Source: Nitrospinales bacterium
GTDB lineage: Bacteria; Nitrospinota; Nitrospinia; Nitrospinales; VA-1
Reading direction: 5' to 3'
Assembly (NCBI GenBank): GCA_965223795.1
Contig: CBDCXL010000002.1
Location: 96,001 to 160,000, forward strand
Length of the DNA: 64,000 nt
How positions within the stretch are numbered: the stretch's first letter is position 1; every line of letters starts with the position of its first letter. The position numbers were made by a program, and so were the translations under genes. Below the pieces are notes generated by a model. It had not been told where the DNA came from, ran no database searches, and was given only the letters and a program-made list of their open reading frames with translations. Of the stretch, positions 1-12,779 are shown piece after piece.

Positions 1-3
1 CTG

Positions 4-1509
4 TTGCTGGGGTCGGGGTGCTCCCACCTGCCGCCGCACCTGCAATGGCCCTTCAACAGCGATAAGGACTCCCAGGAACCGGTCACCCAGAAAGAAGAAA
101 CCAGCAACAACTTCGCCTACCTGGAACCGCATTCGGGTCCGGGGTTCGACGATGTGGAACCCTGGGACAGCTCAGTGCAGGTGGAGGAAGCGCCTGTCGC
201 GGAAACGCCCGACATCGACGACAGCGAGATCGCGGCGGGCCCCGTTGAAGAAGAACCGGAAACGCTGGCGGAACCCGTCCCTGAAGAGGGACCGGAAATT
301 CAGGAAGCGCGGCTGAATCACAATGTCGCGATGGAGCACATTTTCGCCGATAAGTACGACAAAGCCCTCGAACCGCTGGAGCGGGCGCTCAAACTGGATC
401 CGGACGACCCGCGTTTCCACTACAGCTACGGGCTGGTCTACCAGAAGCTGGGCAGGCATCAGGAGGCGGCGCGGGAATTTGAGGCCTCGACCGCGCGCGA
501 CCCCGAGTTCTGGCAGGCGCACAACCGGCTGGGAGCGGTGTACGCCAAACTGGGCAAGCCCGATGAGGCGATCCGGCACCTGGAGCGCGGAATTTCGATC
601 CATCCGGATTTTGCGGACGCGCATTATCAGCTCGGGGCGCTGTACGAAAAGAAACAGAAATATGCAACCAGCGTGTCGCACTACGAAAAAGCGGCGGCGC
701 TCGATCCGCAAAATCAGTTGTACTTTTATGAAATCGGGCAAAACTACCTCAAGCTGAACAAAAAGAAAAAAGCCATCGCCGCCTTCGCGCAGACCGCCCG
801 CATCCATCCGGATTACCGGGACGTGAACTATCAACTGGGCAAACTGCACGCGGAAGAAAAGGATCACGACAAGGCGGTGCAATACCTCTCCAAGGCGGTG
901 AAGCAGAACCCGAAGGAAGAGGAGGCGTATTTTCTGCTGCACAACGCCTACTGGGAGAAAAAGCAGTTCGATGAATCCATCGACACGCTCAAGCAGCTGA
1001 TCAAGAAGAACCCCAAGCTGGAACAGCCTTATTACGCGCTGGGTCAGGCTTACCTCATTCTGAAGCGCAACAACGATGCCATCGAGCCGTTCCGCAAGCT
1101 CATCAAACTCAACCCGGACAGCTTCGAAGCGCACAACAGCCTGGGCTCGATCTTCGAGAAATCCAAATCCCCGAAGCTGGCGATGGTGCACTTCAAGGAA
1201 GCGGTGCGGATCAACCCGAAGAACCCGCTGGCCCATTTCAACCTCGGCCTGTCTTACGTGGACCTGAACAAGAGCAGGGAAGCGATGGAGCATTTCAAGG
1301 CGGTCACGAAACTGGACCCGGAATTCGCGCAGGCGCACTGGAGCCTGGCGCTGCTTTACGACAACATCGGCGACGGCGGCAACGCGATCTTCCACTCGAA
1401 GCGGGCGGAGAACCTGTTCAAGGAAAAATACGAGATTAAAAAGTCGAAAACCGCGGCGAAGTTTTCCGATTCCCTGATCAAAAAATACAAAAAAAGAGCG
1501 AAAAAATGA
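4..1509 (+). CDS. Tetratricopeptide-repeat protein, probably a lipoprotein; 5' end may lie before the window
   Basis: About 11 consecutive 34-aa TPR units (e.g. AHNRLGAVYAKLGKPDEAIRHLERGISIHP); N-terminal GSGC lipobox-like motif followed by an acidic linker. Confidence 0.85.
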   Translation: MLGSGCSHLPPHLQWPFNSDKDSQEPVTQKEETSNNFAYLEPHSGPGFDDVEPWDSSVQVEEAPVAETPDIDDSEIAAGPVEEEPETLAEPVPEEGPEIQEARLNHNVAMEHIFADKYDKALEPLERALKLDPDDPRFHYSYGLVYQKLGRHQEAAREFEASTARDPEFWQAHNRLGAVYAKLGKPDEAIRHLERGISIHPDFADAHYQLGALYEKKQKYATSVSHYEKAAALDPQNQLYFYEIGQNYLKLNKKKKAIAAFAQTARIHPDYRDVNYQLGKLHAEEKDHDKAVQYLSKAVKQNPKEEEAYFLLHNAYWEKKQFDESIDTLKQLIKKNPKLEQPYYALGQAYLILKRNNDAIEPFRKLIKLNPDSFEAHNSLGSIFEKSKSPKLAMVHFKEAVRINPKNPLAHFNLGLSYVDLNKSREAMEHFKAVTKLDPEFAQAHWSLALLYDNIGDGGNAIFHSKRAENLFKEKYEIKKSKTAAKFSDSLIKKYKKRAKK

Positions 1510-1567
1510 CGGTTCGCGGCCTTCACGCTTTTGCACCGGACGCGGCGCCCGCCGCACCCCAGGTTTC

Positions 1568-2599
1568 GTGACCGGCCTCAAACAACTGGGCGAGACGGGC
1601 CTGATCGAGCGGCTGCGTTCACGCCTGTCTTCCGGCACCGGACGCCTGACGCTGGGGATCGGCGACGACTGCGCCGCCTACGCCGCCAAACCTGGAAACC
1701 TGCAGCTCATCTCCACAGACGCTCTGATCGAGAACGTTCATTTTGATCTTAAGCACGCGCCGCCGCACGCGCTGGGACGCAAATCCATCGCCGTCAATGT
1801 GAGCGACATCGCGGCGATGGGCGGGACGCCGGTGCTGGCGGTGATTTCCCTGGGCATCCCGAAGACGCTTTCGGTCTCTTTTCTCGACGCTCTGTATCAA
1901 GGAATCGATTCCTCTCTTAAAGAACACGGCCTGGATCTGGCGGGCGGGGACACGGTGGCCTCGCCGAAACACCTGTTCATCAATGTGACGATCGTGGGCG
2001 AGGTCCGCAAAAACCGCATGGTCCCGCGGGACGGAGCGAAGCCCGGAGACGCGGTGTGGGTGACGGGGTATCCGGGGGAGTCCGCCCTGGGGCTCAAAAT
2101 CCTGCAGTCGAAGCGGAAAAAGTGGCTGGGCCTGAAAAAGCACCGCGAGCGGATGATCCAGGCGCATCTCGATCCCACGCCCCGGCTCGCGGAAACGCAG
2201 AAGCTGCTGAAGTCCGGCGTGCGCCCCACGGCCATGATGGATGTCAGCGACGGGCTGGCGCAGGACCTCCACCGGATCTGCGACGCCTCCGGTGCGGGGG
2301 CGCTCATCCGTGAGCCGGATCTGCCGCAATCCGCCGCCATGCAGGCGGTGTGCGCGAAAAACCGCTTGAATATCCGGGAGTTGATTTTGTCCGGCGGGGA
2401 GGACTATGAAATCCTGTTTACAACCAGGACGCAAGATGTTAGAAGAGTAAAGAGGCAGTTTCACAACGCCTTAACGCCTGTAACACTCATTGGGGAAGTG
2501 ACTTCCCGGTCTGGAAACGTCCTTCTCGAAAGCGGCCGCGCAGAGCAGACACTCCTTCGCAGGTCGATGGGATTTCAGCATTTTCAACCCGGCAAATGA
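1568..2599 (+). CDS. thiL: Thiamine-monophosphate kinase
   Basis: IGDDCA, VNVSDIAAMGG, GGDT, MDVSDGL and GGEDYE motifs. Confidence 0.95.
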   Translation: MTGLKQLGETGLIERLRSRLSSGTGRLTLGIGDDCAAYAAKPGNLQLISTDALIENVHFDLKHAPPHALGRKSIAVNVSDIAAMGGTPVLAVISLGIPKTLSVSFLDALYQGIDSSLKEHGLDLAGGDTVASPKHLFINVTIVGEVRKNRMVPRDGAKPGDAVWVTGYPGESALGLKILQSKRKKWLGLKKHRERMIQAHLDPTPRLAETQKLLKSGVRPTAMMDVSDGLAQDLHRICDASGAGALIREPDLPQSAAMQAVCAKNRLNIRELILSGGEDYEILFTTRTQDVRRVKRQFHNALTPVTLIGEVTSRSGNVLLESGRAEQTLLRRSMGFQHFQPGK

Positions 2600-2670
2600 A
2601 CCGGGGAATCCCGATGACCGGACTGCCGGATTGATTCGCCGGAGGAGGCGGCCATACAGGCACAGGCAAT

Positions 2671-4011
2671 TTGGGGGGTTTGTTAAAAACCTTGGACGAA
2701 TCGATATTACCCCGTGCTTTGACACTGGCGGTGTTGCTCCTCTTTTCGGGTTTTTTTTCCGCGTGTGAAGCCGCTTTCTTCTCCCTGAATCCGTTGCAGC
2801 TGACGGAAATGAAGGACAACAGGGGCCGTCTGGGCCGCCTGGTCTACTCCCTCCTGGAAAAACCGCGGGAACTCCTCATCACCATCTACATCGGCAACGA
2901 GCTGGTCAACATCGCGATTTCTGTCATCACCACCTCGATCGCCATCAAGATTTTCGGCAATGCCGGCGTGGGGATCGCCATCGGCGTCGGCACGTTCCTG
3001 CTGCTCATTTTCGGGGAGATCGTCCCCAAATCCATGTCGCTCAAAGTGGCGCAGGCGTTCGCCCTCGCCGCCGCCTTCCCGCTCAAGCTGTTTTCCCAGC
3101 TGGTGCAGCCGCCGCAGAAATTCCTGACCAAGCTCGCTGAGGGATTCATCCGCTATCTCGGTTTCGGCGGCGCGCCGCAGCAGGAGCCGGCTATCACCGA
3201 CGCGGAGTTCCGCGCCATGGTGCAGATCGGCGTCGGCGAAGGCGTGATCGACGACGACGAGAAGGAGATGATCCACAACGTCATCAATTTCGGGGAAACC
3301 ACGGTCGGCGAGATCATGACCCCCAAAAACGACATGGTGACGGTCAGCATCGACGACAGCCTGGACGACATCCTTCCCTTGATCGCGGAAAATTTCTACT
3401 CGCGCGTCCCGGTGTACGATGAAACGCAGGAAAACATCATCGGCATCCTGCTCACCAAGCGGCTCAACCGGCTCAAGCACCTGCCCAGGGAAAACGTCAA
3501 CCTGAAAAGCATCATCCTCCCTCCCCTTTCGGTGCCGGAATCCAAGAAGATCAAGGAGCTTCTTGAGGAATTCAAAAAGCAGAAGCGTCACATCGCCATC
3601 GTGCTCGATGAATACGGCAGCGTGGCGGGGCTGGTGACGCTGGAGGACATCCTCGAAGAGCTGGTGGGCGAGATCGACAGCGAAATGCGGGTGGACCAGG
3701 AGGATGTGGCAAAAATCACCGAAGACAATTACCGGGTGCACGGGTCGTTCAGCATTTATGACTTCAACGAATACTTCAACGCCGACCTGCCGGTGGACCA
3801 GTACAACACTGTGGGCGGGATGGTGTTCCACCTGTTCGGCCGGGTTCCCCGGTCCGGGGAAACGGTGACGCACGGCAACTTCAAGTTCCGGGTCGAAAAA
3901 ATGAAAGGTCCGCGCATCCTGAGAGTGCACCTGACGGTTCTGCGTGCGGGAGCAAAAGAAAAAGAAGAAGAAAACGGCGCCGAACTGGCGAAAAAACCGG
4001 CAAACGGCTGA
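2671..4011 (+). CDS. Hemolysin/CNNM (DUF21)-CBS-CorC family transporter-associated protein
   Basis: FFSACEAA, FGEIVPK, paired CBS domains (YSRVPV, VLDEYG, TLEDILEELVGEI), C-terminal CorC domain; start uncertain. Confidence 0.9.
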   Translation: MGGLLKTLDESILPRALTLAVLLLFSGFFSACEAAFFSLNPLQLTEMKDNRGRLGRLVYSLLEKPRELLITIYIGNELVNIAISVITTSIAIKIFGNAGVGIAIGVGTFLLLIFGEIVPKSMSLKVAQAFALAAAFPLKLFSQLVQPPQKFLTKLAEGFIRYLGFGGAPQQEPAITDAEFRAMVQIGVGEGVIDDDEKEMIHNVINFGETTVGEIMTPKNDMVTVSIDDSLDDILPLIAENFYSRVPVYDETQENIIGILLTKRLNRLKHLPRENVNLKSIILPPLSVPESKKIKELLEEFKKQKRHIAIVLDEYGSVAGLVTLEDILEELVGEIDSEMRVDQEDVAKITEDNYRVHGSFSIYDFNEYFNADLPVDQYNTVGGMVFHLFGRVPRSGETVTHGNFKFRVEKMKGPRILRVHLTVLRAGAKEKEEENGAELAKKPANG

Positions 4012-5264
4012 TGGATCTGACAACCACATTGATTCTGGTGACGCTGTTTCTGTTCATGGAGGCGTTTTTCTCCGGATCGGAAATCGGCATGATCGCCGTC
4101 AACCGCATCAAGATGCAGCAGAAAGCCGACGAGGGCGATCTTTCCGCCTCGGTGGTGCTCAATCTTCTGAGCACCCCGGAAAGGCTGTTCGCCACCACGT
4201 CGCTGGGCACCAACGTCGCGATGGTATCCAGCTCGGCGGTGTTCACGGCCTACATGGTGTCGCGCTTCGGCGAGTCGGGCGAATGGCTGGCGATGCTGGC
4301 GCTCACGCCGCTGGTGCTGTTTCTGGGTGAGATCGTGCCGAAGATGATCATCCAGAACCGCGCCGACCCGATCATGCTGGTTCTGGTCACGCCGCTGAAC
4401 TGGTTCTGCAACGTGTTCTCGCCCATCATCGGCCTGTTCACCCGGGCGTCGCGGCTGGTCACCGAAAACATCCTGAGCCCGGAGGAATCGAACGGACAGA
4501 CCACCAGCCGCGATCAGATCCGTCAGGTCATGAGCATCGATTCGCAGACGGTGCAGCTGGGCTCGGTGGAGCGCCGGATGATCCACAAGATCTTCAATTT
4601 CGGCGAGATCAATGTGGAGCAGTGCATGGTGCCGCTGGTGCAGATGACGGCCATCCTCGACACGGCGACGCTGGAGGAAGCGCACCAGGTGGCGAACGAT
4701 TCCGGGTTTTCCCGGCTTCCCGTGTTTCACGAGCGGATGCACAACATCATCGGCGTCCTCAATGCGTTCGACCTGATCGATCAGCCGGTGGACGACACGC
4801 CCGTCACCGGCCTCATCCGTCCGGCGTACTACGTGCCGCCCAACAAGAAGATCGACGACCTGCTCAAGGAGCTGCAGCAGCGCGGACTGCACATGGCGGT
4901 GGTAGTGGATGAATACGGCGGCTGCACGGGCATCGTGACCATCGAGGATCTGCTGGAGAAGATCGTCGGTGAGATCGAGGACGAATACGACAAGATAGAA
5001 AAGCAATACGAAAACTACGCCGACGGCGGCTACCTGATCGAGGCGGACATGGAAGTGGGCGTCATCAACGAAACGCTCAACCTCAATCTGCCCTCCGGCG
5101 ATTACGAAACGCTGGCGGGGCTCGTCATCCATCACCTGGAAAAGGTCCCCAACCCCGGTGAGCAGCTGGAGGTGAACGGTTACCGGCTGACCATCAAGGA
5201 AGCCAGCAAGCGCAAAGTGCAGTCGATCATCGTGCGCAAGCTCGAACCGGAATCCTCCGGCTGA
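4011..5264 (+). CDS. Second CNNM-CBS-CorC family protein (tandem paralog)
   Basis: [46 protein letters not shown]; start overlaps the upstream stop (TGATG). Confidence 0.9.
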   Translation: MDLTTTLILVTLFLFMEAFFSGSEIGMIAVNRIKMQQKADEGDLSASVVLNLLSTPERLFATTSLGTNVAMVSSSAVFTAYMVSRFGESGEWLAMLALTPLVLFLGEIVPKMIIQNRADPIMLVLVTPLNWFCNVFSPIIGLFTRASRLVTENILSPEESNGQTTSRDQIRQVMSIDSQTVQLGSVERRMIHKIFNFGEINVEQCMVPLVQMTAILDTATLEEAHQVANDSGFSRLPVFHERMHNIIGVLNAFDLIDQPVDDTPVTGLIRPAYYVPPNKKIDDLLKELQQRGLHMAVVVDEYGGCTGIVTIEDLLEKIVGEIEDEYDKIEKQYENYADGGYLIEADMEVGVINETLNLNLPSGDYETLAGLVIHHLEKVPNPGEQLEVNGYRLTIKEASKRKVQSIIVRKLEPESSG

Positions 5265-5291
5265 ACGGTCCCACCGCATGCCGCCGCGGCG

Positions 5292-6014
5292 TCAGAACCC
5301 GAGTTTTCTTTCCAGCTCTTCGTAGGCGGCCTGAATCTCAAGAAATTTCAAATGCGCGCCCTCGCCTTCTTCCCGTCCCAGATGCGCGAACCGGTCGGGA
5401 TGCAGTTCGGAGGCTTTCTGCCTGTAGGCCTTTTTGATCTCCTCGGAGCCTGCGGAATAGTCCACACCGAGGATGCGGTAAGGGTTTTTAAGCGTGCTGA
5501 GGGAATACTTGAGGCGGATGCGGTCGTGCTCCGGGTACGAAACGTCCAGGTGGTCGGCCAGCTGGTTGATGAGTTCCTGAGTGGTTTCGGTCAGGGCGTT
5601 TTCGATGAGCGCCATCTTGTACGACAATGCCAGCACGAGCAGGTTGTAATTATTTTGAGTGGCTTTGCGGTACTGGACGGCGAAGGGTTTGAGGTCGGGA
5701 TCGAGCTTCTCGGTTTCGGCGATGACCTGATCGACAAAGCCCAGGTCTTTCGTCTCGTATTCGAGGTTTTTGATAAAAAAACGGTGGATGGCGCGGCGTT
5801 CGTTCTGCGTCAGCGGCCCGTCGCGCATTCCCACTTTGGCGAGGATCACCACAAGACACGTCACGAACAGACCTTTGTCGCTGACGCCGGGCAGTCCCCG
5901 GCCGATTTTTTTCAGGGCCTTTTTGGTGATGATGTGCTGCAGGGTTCCCCCGACGACGGCTCCGAGCGGGCCGCCGCGAAGAAAACCCATGCCGGCGCCC
6001 AGCAGCCAGGACAT
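5292..6014 (-). CDS. DjlA-like co-chaperone (TerB-like domain plus C-terminal J domain)
   Basis: N-terminal GGPLGAVVGG membrane motif, C-terminal J domain with HPD; GGAGGA RBS upstream of ATG 6014. Confidence 0.85.
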   Translation of the reverse strand: MSWLLGAGMGFLRGGPLGAVVGGTLQHIITKKALKKIGRGLPGVSDKGLFVTCLVVILAKVGMRDGPLTQNERRAIHRFFIKNLEYETKDLGFVDQVIAETEKLDPDLKPFAVQYRKATQNNYNLLVLALSYKMALIENALTETTQELINQLADHLDVSYPEHDRIRLKYSLSTLKNPYRILGVDYSAGSEEIKKAYRQKASELHPDRFAHLGREEGEGAHLKFLEIQAAYEELERKLGF

Positions 6015-6227
6015 GGCATTTCCTCCCGATGTCAATCGCTCTCGGTAAACGCTTCATGATAGCACCGGGGGCCCCGGGGGACAAGGACAGCGGGGCCGGA
6101 AGAGCTTGTTCTGAAAAGCCGATTGTAGTATGGTTTGTCCGATTTCGGCCGGCGGACGCACCGTCTTGGAGTTTTGCGGGCTGGAAAAACCAGGGGCCGG
6201 ATCCGGTCCCATTCGAGGGAGAGGGAA

Positions 6228-6518
6228 ATGGTCAAGCACATTGTGATGTTCAAACTGGCGGATAAAAATCAGGACAATCTGGATACGGTGGTGAACGCGC
6301 TGCGCGGCATGGAAGGGAACATCGAGACCCTGCGCTTCATCGAGGTGGGCGTGGATTATTCGGGTTCCGAGCGCAGCTACGATGTGGTGCTGACCACGCA
6401 TTTCGATGACCGGCGGGGACTGGAAACCTATGTGACGCACGAAAACCACGTGCCGGTCGCCAAGACCATGCGCTCCCTCTGCTCGCATTCGGTGGTCGTG
6501 GATTATGAACAGGATTGA
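6228..6518 (+). CDS. Dabb family stress-responsive A/B barrel protein
   Basis: MVKHIVMFKL...YDVVLTTHF...YVTHENH...VVVDY pattern; GAGAGGG RBS before ATG 6228. Confidence 0.85.
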   Translation: MVKHIVMFKLADKNQDNLDTVVNALRGMEGNIETLRFIEVGVDYSGSERSYDVVLTTHFDDRRGLETYVTHENHVPVAKTMRSLCSHSVVVDYEQD

Positions 6519-6974
6519 ACGCCGGACCGGACGAACCATCCCGCCGGCCGCGTGATACAGTGGCGGATTTATCGTTCAAGCGAATCCGGACGAAATAAAT
6601 TCTTGTGCTTTCAAAATTTGGGTGATAGTATTCCTTCTTAAAATTTGTAAAATTTACACTTAATGTTACTTAATAAGCGGAGGAGCCACAGAATCAGCAT
6701 TTAAAAACGGATGCCTGTTCGCAGCATCGCTCATTTTCCGCCGCTTTCGCCGAAGACGAAACGATTTTTCAGCTTCTGATTGCGGGGATGGAACCCCGGT
6801 TTTCCACTGTACGCACCGCATTCGGAAATCGCCACTCTGCCGATAGTCGAAAAAGGGGTAATTTCACGGTATCAACCCGTTCTCCCCGATTTTCTTCCTG
6901 AACGGCGCACGCAGCTTCCGCCCGTTTTTTTCTAACACCGGTTTATCCCAAAACTAAAAAAGGAGGTTTTGGGG

Positions 6975-7730
6975 ATGGTCAAGAAAAAAAAGACGAAAAA
7001 AAAGGCTGTGAAAAAGACCACAGCCAAGAAGAAAACTGCCTCCAAAAAGACTGCCAAGACCGGCAAAAAAAAGAAGTCTGCTAAAAAGACCGCTGCCAAA
7101 AAAACCAAATCCAAGGTGAAGAGCAAAGCCAAGGCCGCGAAGAAGAAAACGCCGAAAGCGAAGGCCAAAAAGAAAGCCAGGACGAAAGCGAAAGCCAAGG
7201 CCGCGAAAAAGAAAACGCCGGCGAAACGAAAAGCCCCGAAAAAAGCGGCCAAGGCCAAAAAGAAGTCCGCATCCAAAACACCCGCGAAATCCGCCAAAAA
7301 AGCCAGAGCCGCCAAACCCGAGCCCGAGCCGGAGCCGCCTGAGCCGGACGAACCGCCACCGCCCCCCGAACCGGTCGATTTGACATCGGACCCCGCCGTG
7401 ATGAAGATCTACGAACGGCTGATCCAGAACCGTTCGGAAGTGGTCAAGATGCTGCAGTCCTCGCAGCAGATGGAACGGGATGTGGGGGAGTTGACTTTCA
7501 GCGATGAGATCGATCTGGCGGCGAGCCTGGAGGGAAGGGAGATGATTTTTCAGCTTTCCAGCCGCGACCGCAACGAGCTGAAGTTGATCGAAGAAGCCCT
7601 GTTCAAAATCCAGAAGGGCACTTACGGCATTTGCGAAAACTGCGGCAAGAAAATCGCGATGAAGCGGCTGCAGATTCTGCCGCTCAGCACGCTCTGCATC
7701 GATTGCAAGGAATCCGCCGAAATGGCGTGA
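6975..7730 (+). CDS. dksA: DksA/TraR family C4 zinc-finger protein with a Lys/Ala-rich histone-H1-like N-terminus
   Basis: DEIDLA (DxxDxA) coiled-coil tip, YGICENCG...LCIDCKE; first ~115 aa mostly K/A; AGGAGG RBS at 6961 (start TTG 6969 or ATG 6975). Confidence 0.8.
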   Translation: MVKKKKTKKKAVKKTTAKKKTASKKTAKTGKKKKSAKKTAAKKTKSKVKSKAKAAKKKTPKAKAKKKARTKAKAKAAKKKTPAKRKAPKKAAKAKKKSASKTPAKSAKKARAAKPEPEPEPPEPDEPPPPPEPVDLTSDPAVMKIYERLIQNRSEVVKMLQSSQQMERDVGELTFSDEIDLAASLEGREMIFQLSSRDRNELKLIEEALFKIQKGTYGICENCGKKIAMKRLQILPLSTLCIDCKESAEMA

Positions 7731-7741
7731 AGCTCCGCTGC

Positions 7742-10333
<2,592 letters not shown>

Positions 10334-10698
10334 ATGCGGACCGCTTCGTTCTTTACCTATAATTTATGAGCAAGGGCCGTTTTGCGAAAAGGCACACGGG
10401 TGCCCGCTGCAAAACAACCCATCGTTGACATTTTGAGGAATTCAACTCGAATGGAAACCATCCCCTCCCCCGAACCTGACGGTTGGGATCGAACTCATTG
10501 TAACCAAACCGCAAGCGTAATGAAACCACTCTTTTGCGCTGGCGCGGACGATCCAGCTGGGATGGAAAACGGAGATGGAGTTTGCGAATCAAAGAGAAAC
10601 GCCGGGGTTCGCCGCGGCGGGAGACGTTTCAGAAACGCTTCGGGCACGATGCACGGGCACACGCCCGCGCCTGTGCGCACTAAAATCGGGAAAGCGGA

Positions 10699-11643
10699 TC
10701 AGTCTTCGAGGATGTAATTTTTGGGATTGACCGGAACGCCGTTCAGCAGAACTTCGTAATGCAGGTGCGGTCCGGTGCTGCGGCCGGTGTTGCCGACCTT
10801 GGCGATGGGCTGGCCGCGCTTCACGCGGTCTCCCACTTTGACCAGGTGCTTGGAGTTGTGGCCGTAACGGGTGGCGATGCCGTAGCCGTGGCGGATCTCC
10901 ACCATTTTGCCGTAGCCGCTTTCTCGGCCGGCGATGGTGACGGTGCCGTCGGCGGTGGCGCGCACGATGGAACCGCTGCGGGCGCCGATATCCCAGCCTT
11001 CATGTTTTTCTTTCAGGCCGGTGAACGGGGATTTACGGATGCCGAATCCGGAGGTGACCCAGCCGCGGGTCGGCCAGATCGAAGGCGTGGCCGCGAGCAG
11101 GGATTTCTGATTCTTGAAGTATTCGTCCAGCTGCTGGAAGCTGATGGCCTGCACCTTGGCCTGCTGGTTGAGCTGATCGAGATCGATGGAAAGCCGTTCG
11201 ACCATGGACACGGCTTCCCGCTCCAGGGAAGTCGTGAAACTCTGGGACGACAATCCGTACGGGCCGCCCACGCCCCAGTCCTCGGTGGACTTGGACGGCG
11301 ACTCGCCGAGATCCGTGATCACGCGCAGTTTGTTGGCGAAACGGTCCAAACGGGCCATTTCCGTGGAAAAGTCCTTGACCTGCTGGGTGAATTTTTCAAC
11401 CTGGACTTTCTGAATCTTGGATTCGCGCCGCAGTTCCGTGATTTCAACCTGGTCGTTGCGCAGTTGGTTGTAGCTCTTGATGAAATAGACCGAGGAACCG
11501 GCCAGAACCACCAGCAGAACCAGAGAAAAAATGAGCCCAAAGTGGAAATATTTTTTAGGAATGCGAATTTTCTTGGGAGCTTCTGCGGACCCCGGAAACA
11601 ACATCAGGGTATAGTCTTCTTTATTCACCCCGCCCTCCTGCAA
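10699..11643 (-). CDS. M23 family metallopeptidase (murein endopeptidase) with N-terminal TM and coiled coil
   Basis: HEGWD (HxxxD), YGH, GRSTGPHLHYEV; start could be GTG ~11628. Confidence 0.92.
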   Translation of the reverse strand: MQEGGVNKEDYTLMLFPGSAEAPKKIRIPKKYFHFGLIFSLVLLVVLAGSSVYFIKSYNQLRNDQVEITELRRESKIQKVQVEKFTQQVKDFSTEMARLDRFANKLRVITDLGESPSKSTEDWGVGGPYGLSSQSFTTSLEREAVSMVERLSIDLDQLNQQAKVQAISFQQLDEYFKNQKSLLAATPSIWPTRGWVTSGFGIRKSPFTGLKEKHEGWDIGARSGSIVRATADGTVTIAGRESGYGKMVEIRHGYGIATRYGHNSKHLVKVGDRVKRGQPIAKVGNTGRSTGPHLHYEVLLNGVPVNPKNYILED

Positions 11644-11854
11644 CTGTGATCAGACTTTATGACTAAAAATCCTTGCACAACCCTCCAATCCCGTAAACTA
11701 GCTTTGAAGCCTTTTGATGTCAACCTTAAATTGGGTTGTGCGCGTGTGACGAAAACATCAATGCGAAGTGATCCGCTCGATCCTTTGTTTTTTGCGAATC
11801 GTCCGCACAAAAATCCGATTTCTTTTTTCAGGCAGCAAGAAGCGGTTTTTCAAA

Positions 11855-12754
11855 TCAATTTACCTTCTCGCGCGCCTGAATGTGATTGGGATTGATTTTC
11901 AAAACGTCGCGAAAATACGACTGCGCTTTTTCGGTCTCGCCCTTTTCCTCGTGCAGCAGACCGAGACTGAAATAGGCCGGAACCAATCCCTGCCTGTATT
12001 CGATTTCCTGAAACACATCCGCCATCTGAGCAAACCGGTCGATGGCCTCGTCCAGTTTTCCGGCGGCGTACAGCCTGAATCCTTCCTGGCGCAGGGTTCT
12101 CCCTATGGACCGGCCATAACCCCGCGCCAGGAGGGATCGACCTTCCTTGACATGTTCCCTAAACTCTGCAAAAAACAAGCCATAACTCCCCTTTTCCCGG
12201 TATATTTCACCTAAGTTGTTGTAAAACATAGGTTTTTTTGGCTCCAGGCGGATGGCCTCCTTCACCGATTTTATGGCATAAGTGTATGATTTTGTGCGCG
12301 CTAGGGATGCCCCCAGGTTGTTCCAGGCGAGCGCGTCCCCCGGGTCGCCGCGGGTGGCCCGCTCCAGGTGATTTTGCGCCAGCGCGTCGTCGCCCTCCAG
12401 GTAATGGTGGTAGCCCAAGGCGTACTGCGCCGCGGATGAGGCTGGATTTTCGGCAAGGTATGTCTCGATGAAGGGCACCACCTCCCCTTCCCGGCCCGCG
12501 CCCCGGTAGGACCTTATCAGGCCCCGGAACACCGCGCTGTTCGCGTTCCCAGCCTGAATCAGCGCCTGGTAGGCCGCCAGCGCTTCGGGATATTGTTTTC
12601 GGGCCAGCAGCAACTCCGCCTCCTGGGCGGGGGAAAGCTGCATCCCCGGATGGCCGCCCGGCGGCTGGGCCCCGGTCTCGACGGACCAAAGGCAGCCAAG
12701 CATGCCCAGAAGGGCCAAAAGGCCTCTTATTCTGTTTCGGAGTTTTTGCCTCAT
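11855..12754 (-). CDS. Secreted TPR protein
   Basis: Signal peptide and TPR units (AWNNLGASLA, FYNNLGEIY, AYFSLGLLH). Confidence 0.8.
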   Translation of the reverse strand: MRQKLRNRIRGLLALLGMLGCLWSVETGAQPPGGHPGMQLSPAQEAELLLARKQYPEALAAYQALIQAGNANSAVFRGLIRSYRGAGREGEVVPFIETYLAENPASSAAQYALGYHHYLEGDDALAQNHLERATRGDPGDALAWNNLGASLARTKSYTYAIKSVKEAIRLEPKKPMFYNNLGEIYREKGSYGLFFAEFREHVKEGRSLLARGYGRSIGRTLRQEGFRLYAAGKLDEAIDRFAQMADVFQEIEYRQGLVPAYFSLGLLHEEKGETEKAQSYFRDVLKINPNHIQAREKVN

Positions 12755-12779
12755 TCTTTAGGCTGCGGGGGGTTCGGGA

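Noticed and set aside
2671..5264. Tandem CNNM/CBS paralogs as a novel system
   Set aside because: Such pairs are common housekeeping arrangements.
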